DNA of 64,000 nt from Patescibacteria group bacterium UBA3531 (GTDB taxonomy: Bacteria; Patescibacteriota; Minisyncoccia; Phycocordibacterales; UBA3531). Each line of letters starts with the position of its first letter. Within the stretch, counting starts at the first letter, position 1. The DNA is taken from NCBI GenBank assembly GCA_002376885.1, contig DFOW01000004.1, positions 1,018-65,017 of the forward strand, read 5' to 3'. Under the pieces are notes generated by a model that did not search any database, was not told where the DNA came from, and worked only from the letters and a program-made list of their open reading frames with translations. Below are positions 1-8,592 of this stretch, in pieces. Made by a program: the position numbers and the translations under genes.

Positions 1-363
1 GATATTGAGCATGAATTTGCCTTGTGGAGTGGGTTCAAACCAAAAAGTTGGAGATTTTAGCGATTTTATTTTCCCACTATCAACGAGAAATATAATACGC
101 CCACCATCTACGCTATTTCTCGCCAAGCGGTCGGGATGCCACGCTAAAATTCCTTCTGCTTCACCTCGCTCCACACGCGCAAGCATTTCGTTAAACTGCG
201 GACGCCCTGGCTGTTTGGCAGTCTGCGATTCTCGAAAGGTGTCCACAATGTGCAAATGCTCGCGCGCAGCAAACTCATTCAATTCTACTTCCTGCGCTTC
301 AAGCGATAACACTTGGCGGTCATCTTCATCGGTTGATTTGCGAATGTAGAGGAAGTAGTTCAT
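1..363 (-). CDS. Serine recombinase (resolvase/invertase family), N-terminal catalytic domain; C-terminus runs off the left window edge
   Basis: Minus-strand translation from the ATG at 363 gives MNYFLYIRKSTDEDDRQVLSLEAQEVELNEF...ILAWHPDRLARN. The YxRxST(D/E)xQ...SLxxQ and DRLxRN motifs are typical of serine recombinases. It is missing from the ORF track because no stop falls inside the window. Confidence 0.7.
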   Translation of the reverse strand, partial: MNYFLYIRKSTDEDDRQVLSLEAQEVELNEFAAREHLHIVDTFRESQTAKQPGRPQFNEMLARVERGEAEGILAWHPDRLARNSVDGGRIIFLVDSGKIKSLKSPTFWFEPTPQGKFMLNI

Positions 364-580
364 AGCTTTTGGTCATTTAAAAATTATTGCTGCAACTTTC
401 GCGATAGCGAAAGAAAAAAGATTGGCTCACTGCACGAATCTGCAGAATGTTCGAAGAACATGGAACCCGCTTTTGCGGGATCGCGCGCTTCTGATTTCGT
501 GGCAAAACCCCTGGAAAATCCTCGCGGATTTTCCGCTCCCTGTCGCCGTAGGCGACCGAGATTCTGCCTCTTGTTCTGAC

Positions 581-887
581 TGGCTCCGCGGGCAGGACTC
601 GAACCTGCAACCAATACGTTACATCGATCCTATTGTTTCTAATAGGGATGGACTATATCATCATCCTTCCAATTATGATTAGGATGCAAGGCGCTTCGAC
701 CCCAAAATTGGGGGCTACTCCCGTAAGGGATAGTCTCTGAACCTTCCAAATAAAATCTGGCTTGGCTGCTGATTACCATCGTCTTCACGTTACGGCTTCC
801 AGCAATTCACCTTGTTTTTCAACCTACGTTTCCGTAGAAAGCTGCGTATCGCCACAGCGTACTGCTCTACCATTGAGCTACCGCGGA
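581..887 (-). tRNA. tRNA-Asn(GUU) interrupted by a group I intron in the anticodon loop (5' exon 854-887, intron 622-853, 3' exon with encoded CCA 581-621)
   Basis: Minus-strand 5' exon TCCGCGG-TA-GCTC-AATGGTA-GAGC-A-GTACG-CTGT. The 3' exon TAA-CGTAT-TGGTT-GCAGG-TTCGAGT-CCTGC-CCGCGGA-G-CCA completes the acceptor, D, anticodon and T arms. The spliced anticodon loop is CUGUUAA, i.e. GUU. The exon ends in U and the intron ends in G. Confidence 0.75.
622..853 (-). ncRNA. Group I self-splicing intron (232 nt) inside the tRNA-Asn gene
   Basis: On the minus strand it contains group I core elements P-like AAUUGCUGGAAG, Q AAUCAGCAG, R GGUUCAGAGACUA and S GAUAUAGUCC. The internal guide sequence GCAGC near the intron 5' end pairs with exon GCUGU, with a U.G wobble at the splice site. 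The terminal nucleotide is G. Confidence 0.7.
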
Positions 888-1041
888 ATATATTTGGTTC
901 TGAAAAGAACGCTGTAACAGCATATCAAAAAAGACCCATCCTGAAAATCCCCTACCTTTGGTTTGAGTCTTGTCTTACCATAGGTTCCTCTCGACACACA
1001 CTTCATGCCAAATATTTAGTGAAATTAAAGAAAACAAAAGA

Positions 1042-1398
1042 CTATTCATCTTCCCTCAAAATCTTTTCCATCTCCTTCCCTCTCGCAAGTTCGTCAATTA
1101 GTTTGTCTAAGTAACGAATCTCTCGCATCTTTTTCTCTTTTATATCTTCTACCCTAATGCCGCACACCATGCCTTTAATTAGTTTTCTTTTGGGGTTTAG
1201 TTTTGGGGCCTTTTTAAAAAAGGTTTCAAAGTCTGTTTCTTTTTTTAATTGGGTCTCCAGTTTTTTGGGAGTATATCCTGTTAGCCAGTGAATAATCTCA
1301 TCAACTTCTTTTTTAGTTCGTCCCTTTTTCTTCGCTTTATCAACATAAAGCGGATACACGCTCGCAAAACTCATTGTATAAATACGATGCTTTTTCAT
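1042..1398 (-). CDS. DUF2200-family protein
   Basis: The [31 protein letters not shown]-terminus is typical of the DUF2200 family. Confidence 0.55.
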   Translation of the reverse strand: MKKHRIYTMSFASVYPLYVDKAKKKGRTKKEVDEIIHWLTGYTPKKLETQLKKETDFETFFKKAPKLNPKRKLIKGMVCGIRVEDIKEKKMREIRYLDKLIDELARGKEMEKILREDE

Positions 1399-1407
1399 AC
1401 CCCTATT

Positions 1408-1980
1408 TTATTCAAACAAGCTCCAGAACCTCCTATAGAGCGAGGGGGCTGGTGCATTTTCTTCTGGGTTTTCGTCTTCAAGGGTGTAGCGTTCCCGGCT
1501 CGGCGCATCTTCGTACGTATCAAAATATTCCTCGGCATTATCGGCAGTTTCTCTAAGCGACGGCGTTGCATCCTCTACAATATCAACCGAATCGCTGACT
1601 GTTTTTGGTGAAAAACCGCCTGTGAGCCCCTGGAAGACTGCATCAAGCCAGTCGGTGAACCTTCCCCATGCCGAAGGTGAGTCGTCCTCCTCTTCTTCGC
1701 TTTCTTCTTTAGGAACAATACTCTCACCATCTTCATCGTGTGGAAGAATGGTAACAATACCGTGCCCACAACCATCTGGAGCAGGATCGGGCACACCATT
1801 TAATTCTCCGTGATAATGAACATCATCACAATTTTCTCCATGACTTAAGCTCGTATCAGCTAAAGGTACCACCTGCCCAGCAACCATTGCTTCATGATCA
1901 GCGAAAGCGGTGTTTAAAAATAGAAAAAGTGCTATGGCTATAACAAACAATGTGTAGGAGATTTGTTTAGCTAATGTCAT
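1408..1980 (-). CDS. Hypothetical secreted acidic protein with N-terminal signal/TM segment
   Basis: Hydrophobic N-terminus followed by a D/E-rich region. No recognisable domain. Confidence 0.4.
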   Translation of the reverse strand: MTLAKQISYTLFVIAIALFLFLNTAFADHEAMVAGQVVPLADTSLSHGENCDDVHYHGELNGVPDPAPDGCGHGIVTILPHDEDGESIVPKEESEEEEDDSPSAWGRFTDWLDAVFQGLTGGFSPKTVSDSVDIVEDATPSLRETADNAEEYFDTYEDAPSRERYTLEDENPEENAPAPSLYRRFWSLFE

Positions 1981-2078
1981 ACATTAAGTATACTCTAGGA
2001 TCAAAATCGGCAAAACAGAAACGTACCTGATAAAAACGCTTTTGTTTCTATCAAAGATTCGTATAGTTATAGATACAC

Positions 2079-2360
2079 ATGGGAAGAAAGATATTACGTA
2101 TTGGAATAATCACACTACTGTTACTACTAATACCCTTCGTGGCAATGCAATTTACTGATGAAGTTGTGTGGGATTTTTCTGATTTTGCCATCATGGGAAT
2201 ACTCCTTTTTGTAACAGGAATTATTTTTGAATTAGTACGAAGCAATATAACCAATAAGGTTGCTCGAACAACGGCAGGTGTTGTAATCATCCTGCTCTTT
2301 TTACTCGTTTGGGCAGAGCTTGCTGTTGGAATTTTTGGAACTCCGTGGGCAGGCTCTTAA
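2079..2360 (+). CDS. Small integral membrane protein (hypothetical)
   Basis: Three predicted TM helices in 93 aa. Confidence 0.4.
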   Translation: MGRKILRIGIITLLLLLIPFVAMQFTDEVVWDFSDFAIMGILLFVTGIIFELVRSNITNKVARTTAGVVIILLFLLVWAELAVGIFGTPWAGS

Positions 2361-2366
2361 ACTTCC

Positions 2367-2705
2367 TTACTTTTGAGGATTGTATTTAATTTTTTTAGGT
2401 ACACCCTCCAGTAAATCTTCTGCTGTCATTTCAAGCATTGATGCAATTTTTAAAACAGTGGCAAGAGCACTTAGTGTAATATCTTTTGCTTTGTCTTTAT
2501 CAAAATCTGTCCCATGTTCGTACGCCTCGCACACCGAAGCTAATTTACCTGCTGATTTTGAAAGGTGTCTCGAGCTATGAGAAATAATCTCGTAATCCCA
2601 CCTTTCTTTAGGTAGGTGTCTTAATTTCCAATACACCTCCTCATCGCACCAAAACACTTTATCTATAAGATCAATAAGTTCTTGAAGATTTTTTGGATCC
2701 TTCAT
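2367..2705 (-). CDS. Hypothetical all-alpha protein (possible MazG-like NTP pyrophosphohydrolase fold)
   Basis: Weak E-rich helical motifs. The assignment is tentative. Confidence 0.3.
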   Translation of the reverse strand: MKDPKNLQELIDLIDKVFWCDEEVYWKLRHLPKERWDYEIISHSSRHLSKSAGKLASVCEAYEHGTDFDKDKAKDITLSALATVLKIASMLEMTAEDLLEGVPKKIKYNPQK

Positions 2706-2931
2706 AATTACATCCTACCACAGGCCTTTATTACAAGATTATGCTATACTCACCCCATGCACAAAGTTAAGGTTGAACAACACACGTTTACGGGAGGCAT
2801 GTGGTTTGTTGCATGGCTCTTTACCATTGGCTACCTACAGCTAACTGCTGGAAAAGCCATCCTTGCAATTATTTTGTGGCCCTATTATTTAGGAGCACAC
2901 TTTAGCCCATTACTCGTAAGCTAAATCTATT

Positions 2932-3132
2932 ATGAAGACACTAAAATGTGACCTGTGCGACCATGAAGCACAGGGAGAAACTTTTGAAGCATGGATGAAC
3001 GCCCTTAAACCCCATTATGCAGAGGCCCATGCTGATTTTATGAAAGAAAAGGGAGACATGTCTCCAGAAGAACAGCAAAAAGCTATGCAAATATGGATGG
3101 AAGAGAATAAAAAACGATTTGAAGACGCATAA
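2932..3132 (+). CDS. Small hypothetical protein
   Basis: 66-aa ORF with good coding appearance, followed by the next ORF with an overlapping RBS region. Confidence 0.35.
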   Translation: MKTLKCDLCDHEAQGETFEAWMNALKPHYAEAHADFMKEKGDMSPEEQQKAMQIWMEENKKRFEDA

Positions 3133-3143
3133 TTATAATCCAT

Positions 3144-3494
3144 ATGAAGAAACTTATTGTTATCTATTACGCCAACAAAGAAGCGCAAGCCGAAATGGAA
3201 AAAAGTGGCAATCAAAGTGAAGAAGATATAAAAAAGGCCATGGAACCATGGATGGAGTGGGCAAAAGCTTGTGGAGATAACCTTGTCGACCTCGGTACTC
3301 CCTTGGGCGGTGGTAAAAAAATTACCAGTTCAGGAAGCGAAGCAAGCGAAAAAGGAGCAGTAGGTTACTCTATTTTACAAGCAAACAGCATGGACGATGC
3401 AGAAAAGATGCTTCAAAATCATCCTCACACATCATGGAATGCAGGGTGTTCCATTGAGGTTTATGAAGCAATGCCTTTACCAGAATTAAATTAG
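3144..3494 (+). CDS. Hypothetical protein
   Basis: 116-aa ORF co-oriented with its neighbours. Confidence 0.4.
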   Translation: MKKLIVIYYANKEAQAEMEKSGNQSEEDIKKAMEPWMEWAKACGDNLVDLGTPLGGGKKITSSGSEASEKGAVGYSILQANSMDDAEKMLQNHPHTSWNAGCSIEVYEAMPLPELN

Positions 3495-3500
3495 ATTATT

Positions 3501-3626
3501 ATGGCAAAACGAGCAACAGGAATTGAAAAAACAAAGACATCAAGGTCTAAAAAAACAAAAAAACGACTTGCTGCAAAACGAGAAATGCTAAAGAAAAAGG
3601 CAGAAAAAAGAAGCAAGCGAAAATAG
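3501..3626 (+). CDS. Small highly basic protein (41 aa, K/R-rich)
   Basis: MAKRATGIEKTKTSRSKKTKKRLAAKREMLKKKAEKRSKRK, immediately followed by a rho-independent terminator. Confidence 0.35.
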   Translation: MAKRATGIEKTKTSRSKKTKKRLAAKREMLKKKAEKRSKRK

Positions 3627-3632
3627 ACTATG

Positions 3633-3659
3633 AAAAAACTCTCCTTGTGGGAGTTTTTT
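3633..3659 (+). terminator. Rho-independent terminator
   Basis: aaaaaactctcc-ttgt-gggagtttttt hairpin plus T-run. Confidence 0.6.
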
Positions 3660-3695
3660 CATGATATGATTTCCTCATAATCTAATAGATAATCT

Positions 3696-4133
3696 ATGGC
3701 AAAAAAAGTAGAGCTAAAAACAAAGAAGAACAAAGCAAGTGTCTCTGGGTTTTTAAATAAAATTAAAGATCCTGAAAAAAAGAAGGACGCAAAAAAAATT
3801 GTCTCAATCATGAAAGAGGTTACAAAAGAAAAGCCAACCATGTGGGGTTCAAGTATTGTTGGTTTTGGAAACTATCATTTTAAATATGCATCCGGACGTG
3901 AGGGAGATTGGATGATTACCGGGTTTTCTCCTCGATCTCAAAACCTAACCGTATACATCATGCCGGGGTACTCATTCCCTGAATATAAAGCTCTTTTAAA
4001 AAAGCTAGGGCCACACAAACTTGGTAAATCCTGCTTATACATTAAACGTCTTGACGACATTCACATTCCAACCTTAAAAAAGCTGATTGCCCGTGGGTAC
4101 AAAGACATGAAAACCGAGTATAAACAAAAATAA
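3696..4133 (+). CDS. DUF1801 (YdhG-like) domain protein
   Basis: Core motifs match DUF1801 proteins: WGSSIVGFGNYHFKY...REGDWMITGFSPR...LTVYIM. Confidence 0.55.
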   Translation: MAKKVELKTKKNKASVSGFLNKIKDPEKKKDAKKIVSIMKEVTKEKPTMWGSSIVGFGNYHFKYASGREGDWMITGFSPRSQNLTVYIMPGYSFPEYKALLKKLGPHKLGKSCLYIKRLDDIHIPTLKKLIARGYKDMKTEYKQK

Positions 4134-4717
4134 TGAAGAAACGTTGCGCATGGCCAGGCAATAACGAACTTATGCTTGCCTACCATGATACCGAATGGGG
4201 CACCCCACAAACAGACGACAACATTTTATTTGAATACCTTTTACTTGATTCGTTTCAAGCAGGGCTCTCGTGGCAAATTATGATTAATAAACGCGAGAAT
4301 TTTAGGAGTGCATTTGATGATTTTGATGCTAAAAAAATCTCTAAATACAGTACTGTCAAAAAGCGATCGCTCTTAAATGATCCCGGAATTGTCCGCAATA
4401 GACTCAAAATAGAAGCTGCTGTCTCTAACGCAAAAGGGTTCTTGGAACTTCAAAAAGAATTTGGAAGTTTTAGTAATTATTTGTGGAGCTTTGTGGACTA
4501 CCAACCCATTCAAAATAAATGGAAAACCTTAAAACAAATCCCGACAAAGACTCCCCTTTCAGACACCATAAGTCGTGATCTAAAAAAACGAGGGTTCAAC
4601 TTTGTTGGCTCAACTATTATTTACGCCTTTATGCAGGGCTGTGGCATGGTAAATGACCATACAACCGACTGCTTTCGATACAAACAAGTCGCTAAAAAAC
4701 GAGTCAAAAAGACTTGA
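4133..4717 (+). CDS. tag: DNA-3-methyladenine glycosylase I
   Basis: CAWPG..YHDTEWG N-terminal signature and overall Tag-family similarity. Confidence 0.85.
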   Translation: MKKRCAWPGNNELMLAYHDTEWGTPQTDDNILFEYLLLDSFQAGLSWQIMINKRENFRSAFDDFDAKKISKYSTVKKRSLLNDPGIVRNRLKIEAAVSNAKGFLELQKEFGSFSNYLWSFVDYQPIQNKWKTLKQIPTKTPLSDTISRDLKKRGFNFVGSTIIYAFMQGCGMVNDHTTDCFRYKQVAKKRVKKT

Positions 4718-4742
4718 CTTTTTAAAAAGACTATAGTACTAT
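4714..4742 (+). promoter_or_regulatory. Sigma-70-type promoter for the cold-shock gene (TTGACT-17-TACTAT)
   Basis: Canonical -35/-10 hexamers with a 17-nt spacer about 90 nt upstream of csp. Long 5' UTRs are typical of csp genes. Confidence 0.5.
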
Positions 4743-4833
4743 ACCAACATCAATCTAGTGCCACAGAGAGGACAGTCGAGACCATCTTAGGGTAACGTAG
4801 TTTGAAATATTAAAAGAGTTACACAAAATCGAA

Positions 4834-5034
4834 ATGGCAAAGGGCGAAATCGTCCGATTGACTGATCGAGGATTTGGGTTCATTAAGCCAGAAGGAAGCG
4901 ACAAAGATCTTTTCTTTCACGCTAACGAACTTGAGGGAGTTGAATTCAACGACCTTAAGGAAGGTGACGCAGTTACCTTCGAGGAAGCACAAGGCGACAA
5001 AGGACCTAATGCTACGAAAGTTAGTCGAGCATAA
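4834..5034 (+). CDS. cspA: Cold-shock protein (CspA family)
   Basis: GFGFI and FFHAN RNP motifs in a 66-aa protein. Confidence 0.9.
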   Translation: MAKGEIVRLTDRGFGFIKPEGSDKDLFFHANELEGVEFNDLKEGDAVTFEEAQGDKGPNATKVSRA

Positions 5035-5041
5035 GTAAAAC

Positions 5042-5071
5042 AAAAACACTCCGGACTCCCGGAGTGTTTTT
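5042..5071 (+). terminator. Rho-independent terminator after csp
   Basis: aaaaacactccggg-actc-ccggagtgttttt. Confidence 0.7.
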
Positions 5072-5082
5072 GTTTTATATCT

Positions 5083-5208
5083 TTACGCTCTAGATTTTTT
5101 AAAGCAGTCTCTACAGGTAAGTTGATCCATTCGGGCAGGATCTGGTTCAAACGGAAGTTCTTTAATGTCTCCCCCGCACTTGCCACACTTCCAGTCTCCT
5201 TGAAACAT
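5083..5208 (-). CDS. Small zinc-ribbon protein (CxxC...CxxC), about 42 aa
   Basis: MFQGDWKCGKCGGDIKELPFEPDPARMDQLTCRDCFKKSRA. A strong SD (GGGGAGAGGAAA) lies just upstream. An in-frame upstream ATG at 5235 is also possible. Confidence 0.4.
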   Translation of the reverse strand: MFQGDWKCGKCGGDIKELPFEPDPARMDQLTCRDCFKKSRA

Positions 5209-5268
5209 TTTCCTCTCCCCTTGTTCGTACGCCATTTTTGATTCTTATTTATTAGTAACTTCGATTGA

Positions 5269-5703
5269 TTATACCTTAGGCTTCTTTTTTACCAAACCCT
5301 TCCCATTACACATTCCACACCTGCATCCATGGGGTTTGATTAAGTCTTCAAAATACTCTTTTCCGTAATTATATGAGAGCTCTTCTCCAGGGTGAATTTT
5401 GCGTCGTGTATAAATAAAAAAACGTTTTCCATCTTGCTCGACATAACAATTGGGCTTGCATGAATGATTGATATACCGAGCAGTATTTTGCCTACCGGTT
5501 CCATCAATCGTCCATTTTCTATCTATTTTAAACAGATACTTCCCGCTTTTTTTATCAGCTTCCTCTTCATTTAAAAGTGGTCCGTAATACTCAACCACAT
5601 AATCCCCCCTTGGGATTTCATTTACGGCATAAAGGCCAAGCCCCGCGCTCGATTTACCTACTCGGAGTTTATGTTTGCCAATCCGTGGATATTTATATGC
5701 CAT
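5269..5703 (-). CDS. SET-domain protein (putative protein-lysine methyltransferase)
   Basis: SET signature NHSCKPNC...GEELSYNYG plus a post-SET Cys cluster CRCGMC. Confidence 0.85.
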   Translation of the reverse strand: MAYKYPRIGKHKLRVGKSSAGLGLYAVNEIPRGDYVVEYYGPLLNEEEADKKSGKYLFKIDRKWTIDGTGRQNTARYINHSCKPNCYVEQDGKRFFIYTRRKIHPGEELSYNYGKEYFEDLIKPHGCRCGMCNGKGLVKKKPKV

Positions 5704-5728
5704 AGGAAGTACACTATAGCACACAAGG

Positions 5729-6037
5729 TTATTTTCTTCCCCATCTGTCTTTGTCTCTTCCGTGACACTTATCCATTACACGTTTAAATCCTTCGTCAAG
5801 ATCTAAATCAAGAGAATTAGCAAGACAACATAATGTAAAGATTATGTCAGCCGCCTCGTCTTCAAGCTCTTTAATGTCCTCTGTATCCTTTTTCTTTTTT
5901 GGACCAAACCGGTGATTTATCTCGCGCGCAAGTTCTCCTGTCTCTTCAGTCAGTCGTGCCATTATTTCGAGAGGTTTCCAATACCCTATCTTAATTTGTT
6001 GTACCCATTCTTCTACCTCTTTTTGATGTTCCTTCAT
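5729..6037 (-). CDS. MazG-like nucleoside triphosphate pyrophosphohydrolase
   Basis: EETGELAREI...EDEAADIIFTL EExxE/D motifs of the MazG/NTP-PPase fold. Confidence 0.75.
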   Translation of the reverse strand: MKEHQKEVEEWVQQIKIGYWKPLEIMARLTEETGELAREINHRFGPKKKKDTEDIKELEDEAADIIFTLCCLANSLDLDLDEGFKRVMDKCHGRDKDRWGRK

Positions 6038-6076
6038 ATGCCAAGCATATCATAGAAATATGCTATACTCTCCCTC

Positions 6077-6220
6077 ATGGAATTATCCAAAGAGGAATTG
6101 GCAAAACTACTAAAAGAGGCCGAAGCTGCCCATGCCGAACACGAAAAAGAGCTGGGTAAACGAGACGACGCATGGCCCACATGGTATGCCAACTACATTG
6201 TTAATAAACTAAACGAATAA
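6077..6220 (+). CDS. Small conserved hypothetical protein (47 aa)
   Basis: MELSKEELAKLLKEAEAAHAEHEKELGKRDDAWPTWYANYIVNKLNE. Clean ATG and stop, helical. Confidence 0.35.
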   Translation: MELSKEELAKLLKEAEAAHAEHEKELGKRDDAWPTWYANYIVNKLNE

Positions 6221-6252
6221 ATACTATAAAGACGGGGGTCCACAACGGCTAA

Positions 6253-7089
6253 TTATTTGTCTCCATACACAAGGGCACTTGCCTCTTTTACAATGTTTCC
6301 GGCAATTGCCTCGTTGATTTCGTATTGCTTAATAAGCTCTTGGGCAGAGTGAGGAACAATGTCCTGTGCGAGCATCATATTAAATTTAGCGAGCTTTTGA
6401 AGTGAATCTTTATCTATTGAAGGAAGTACCGTAACAGGGTACAAAACATGCTCGCTAATAATTTTAGCGAGACTATCTTTCCCTGGGTAATCCCACCCGG
6501 TCATTTTAATGCCTCTACACTTGCCGTACGTGATTGCCTTACTGGTAAACTTAGTGTTGGTGATGAGCCACATTGAGTGTGTTGCTTGTTCTCGTTCTTT
6601 TACCTCTTGCAGGCGATAAATATCTTCAAGACGGGCATCTGCATACATAGTGGTATCAATATGAATTTTTGCACCTCGCATATTATGATATTTTGCTTCA
6701 ATTAAATAATGATTACCGTCCTTTTTTGCGATAACATCTATCTCGTGAGGAACACACTCACCTTCCATCATTACATTTCGTTTTGTCGTGTACCCCATGC
6801 TTTTAAGTATGACCTCTAGAAATTGTTCAAATAAAAAGCCAGCAGGACCAAGTTCCCGCATTCCTTTTTTTAAATTGTAACGGCCCGCAACATAAAGGTT
6901 CTCTTTTACCAAGTACTGTGAAGCGCGACGAAAAATTTCGGACGTTGTCACTCCTGGCTCAAGCTCTTTCTCTACCGTAGAACACACCGTCCCAACTAAT
7001 TTCTCGGGAGCACCAGCGTCTCGCAAAGATGAACAAAACTTATCTTTACTAAAATTTTCCTCTTCTCCCGTGTCTTTTATGACTTTCAT
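6253..7089 (-). CDS. ATP-cone domain fused to an Mrr-like restriction-endonuclease-fold domain
   Basis: N-terminus MKVIKDTGEEENFSKDKFCSSL is ATP-cone-like. The C-terminal part has a PD-(D/E)xK-like core (HEIDVIAKKDGNHYLIEAKY). Confidence 0.55.
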   Translation of the reverse strand: MKVIKDTGEEENFSKDKFCSSLRDAGAPEKLVGTVCSTVEKELEPGVTTSEIFRRASQYLVKENLYVAGRYNLKKGMRELGPAGFLFEQFLEVILKSMGYTTKRNVMMEGECVPHEIDVIAKKDGNHYLIEAKYHNMRGAKIHIDTTMYADARLEDIYRLQEVKEREQATHSMWLITNTKFTSKAITYGKCRGIKMTGWDYPGKDSLAKIISEHVLYPVTVLPSIDKDSLQKLAKFNMMLAQDIVPHSAQELIKQYEINEAIAGNIVKEASALVYGDK

Positions 7090-7553
7090 GAAAGCTCTTC
7101 AATATCATTTAGTACTTCGTCTGCATGTTTTTTAGGAGTCACCTTCTCATAAATCCGTGCGATCTTCCCTTTCGGGTCAATAAGATATGAGTTACGAAGC
7201 GTGCCCATATATTCACGCCCCATGAACTTTTTCTTCCCCCATACTCCATACTTATTTACCACTTTTTTATCTTCGTCAGAAAGAAGTGTAAACGGTAACT
7301 TATATTTATCTTTAAACTTTTTATGACTTTTGACAGGATCTATACTTACTCCAAGAACCGTAATTCCCTTTTTCTTAAAATCTTTATATGCATCTTTTAT
7401 GGTAACCGCCTCAACTGTGCAGCCGGGAGTGTCATCTTTTGGGTAAAAATACAAAAGAACCCATTCTCCTTTATAATCAGAGAGTTTATGTGTATCTTCG
7501 TTTTCGTCAAGAAGTGAAAACGCTGGTGCTTTTTGTCCTTCTTTTAGTTTCAT
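7086..7553 (-). CDS. bcp: Peroxiredoxin Bcp (thiol peroxidase)
   Basis: YFYPKDDTPGCT motif. Confidence 0.9.
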   Translation of the reverse strand: MKLKEGQKAPAFSLLDENEDTHKLSDYKGEWVLLYFYPKDDTPGCTVEAVTIKDAYKDFKKKGITVLGVSIDPVKSHKKFKDKYKLPFTLLSDEDKKVVNKYGVWGKKKFMGREYMGTLRNSYLIDPKGKIARIYEKVTPKKHADEVLNDIEELS

Positions 7554-7554
7554 A

Positions 7555-8568
7555 CTATTTATTTACTACATTAATTGGTTTTCCTTCTTTAAAACTTTTT
7601 AGATTTTCTACGGTTGTATCAACAATGCGCTGAAGCGCTTCTTTAGTATTAAAAGCATTGTGAGGAGTAACGATAACATTAGGAAGATCAATAAAAGCAT
7701 GGTTTGCTAAAAGAATTTTTAGACTCTCTCCTTTTGGGTGGCCTGTTGCAAGAAATTCAAGCTCATCACGAATTACACCTTCCTCTTCAAGAACATCAAG
7801 GCCAGCGCCGGCAAGTTTTCCGGACTTAAGTGCTTCAACAAGTGCCTCTGTCTTAACAATAGGGCCACGACTGGTATTTAAAAGTACGGCACCGTCCTTC
7901 ATTTTTGCCATGGTCTCTTTGTTTAAAAGATGATGTGTGCTGTCATTGTGCGGAATATGGAGCGTCACTATGTCAGCAAGAGCTAAGACCTCTTCAAACG
8001 ACTTACATTCAACATTAAACTCTTCTGCACACTTAAGGTCTGGGTTAGTATCGCTAGCAATGATATGCATATCAAATCCTTTTGCAATCTTGATAACATT
8101 TTTACCAATCGTCCCCATTCCAATAACACCAAGCGTTTTCCCTCTTAGGTCAAAGCCAGTCATGTCCTCGGGACTAAAAATCCCCTTCTCCCGAAGCCTG
8201 TCGTAGGACTCATAGATTCTTTTACTTAACGTTAAAAGGAGCGCAAAGGTGTGTTCTGCAACAGTGTTTTCTCCATATGAAGGCACATTTGAAACAACTA
8301 TCCCCTTTTCTTTCGCGGTAGCAATGTCCACATGGTCAAACCCAGTTGAGCGAGTAGTTATGTATTTTACGTTCGGAAATGCTTCTATAACTTTTTTTGA
8401 AACACGCGAGTTTACAAAGGTGGAGATTGCGTCATATTCGCTCGCATCCTCGGGAATGCTTTCATCATTTAAAACACCGTCGATAAGATCGATGGTAATT
8501 CCTTCTATTTGATTGAGAGTAAAATATTCTCTGTCAGAATCCTTTACATTAAAGTAAGCGACTTTCAT
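7555..8568 (-). CDS. D-isomer-specific 2-hydroxyacid dehydrogenase (D-lactate dehydrogenase-like)
   Basis: GxGxxG NAD-binding motif GVIGMGTIGK and a catalytic His region in a 337-aa protein. Confidence 0.85.
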   Translation of the reverse strand: MKVAYFNVKDSDREYFTLNQIEGITIDLIDGVLNDESIPEDASEYDAISTFVNSRVSKKVIEAFPNVKYITTRSTGFDHVDIATAKEKGIVVSNVPSYGENTVAEHTFALLLTLSKRIYESYDRLREKGIFSPEDMTGFDLRGKTLGVIGMGTIGKNVIKIAKGFDMHIIASDTNPDLKCAEEFNVECKSFEEVLALADIVTLHIPHNDSTHHLLNKETMAKMKDGAVLLNTSRGPIVKTEALVEALKSGKLAGAGLDVLEEEGVIRDELEFLATGHPKGESLKILLANHAFIDLPNVIVTPHNAFNTKEALQRIVDTTVENLKSFKEGKPINVVNK

Positions 8569-8592
8569 ACAGCGTATTGTTTTGTTTTTACC

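Noticed and set aside
5-349. Plus-strand 114-aa ORF at the left edge
   Set aside because: The opposite strand encodes a convincing serine recombinase N-terminal domain. The plus-strand ORF has no homology signal and is Ser/Arg-rich as expected for antisense.
581-680. Considered tmRNA (ssrA) 3' end, or a truncated tRNA att-site fragment, for the T-arm/acceptor/CCA at 581-625
   Set aside because: The matching 5' acceptor strand, D-arm and anticodon 5' half were found 232 nt away (854-887) with group I intron core motifs in between. The intron-containing tRNA-Asn reading explains everything, and no tmRNA tag-peptide reading frame was found.
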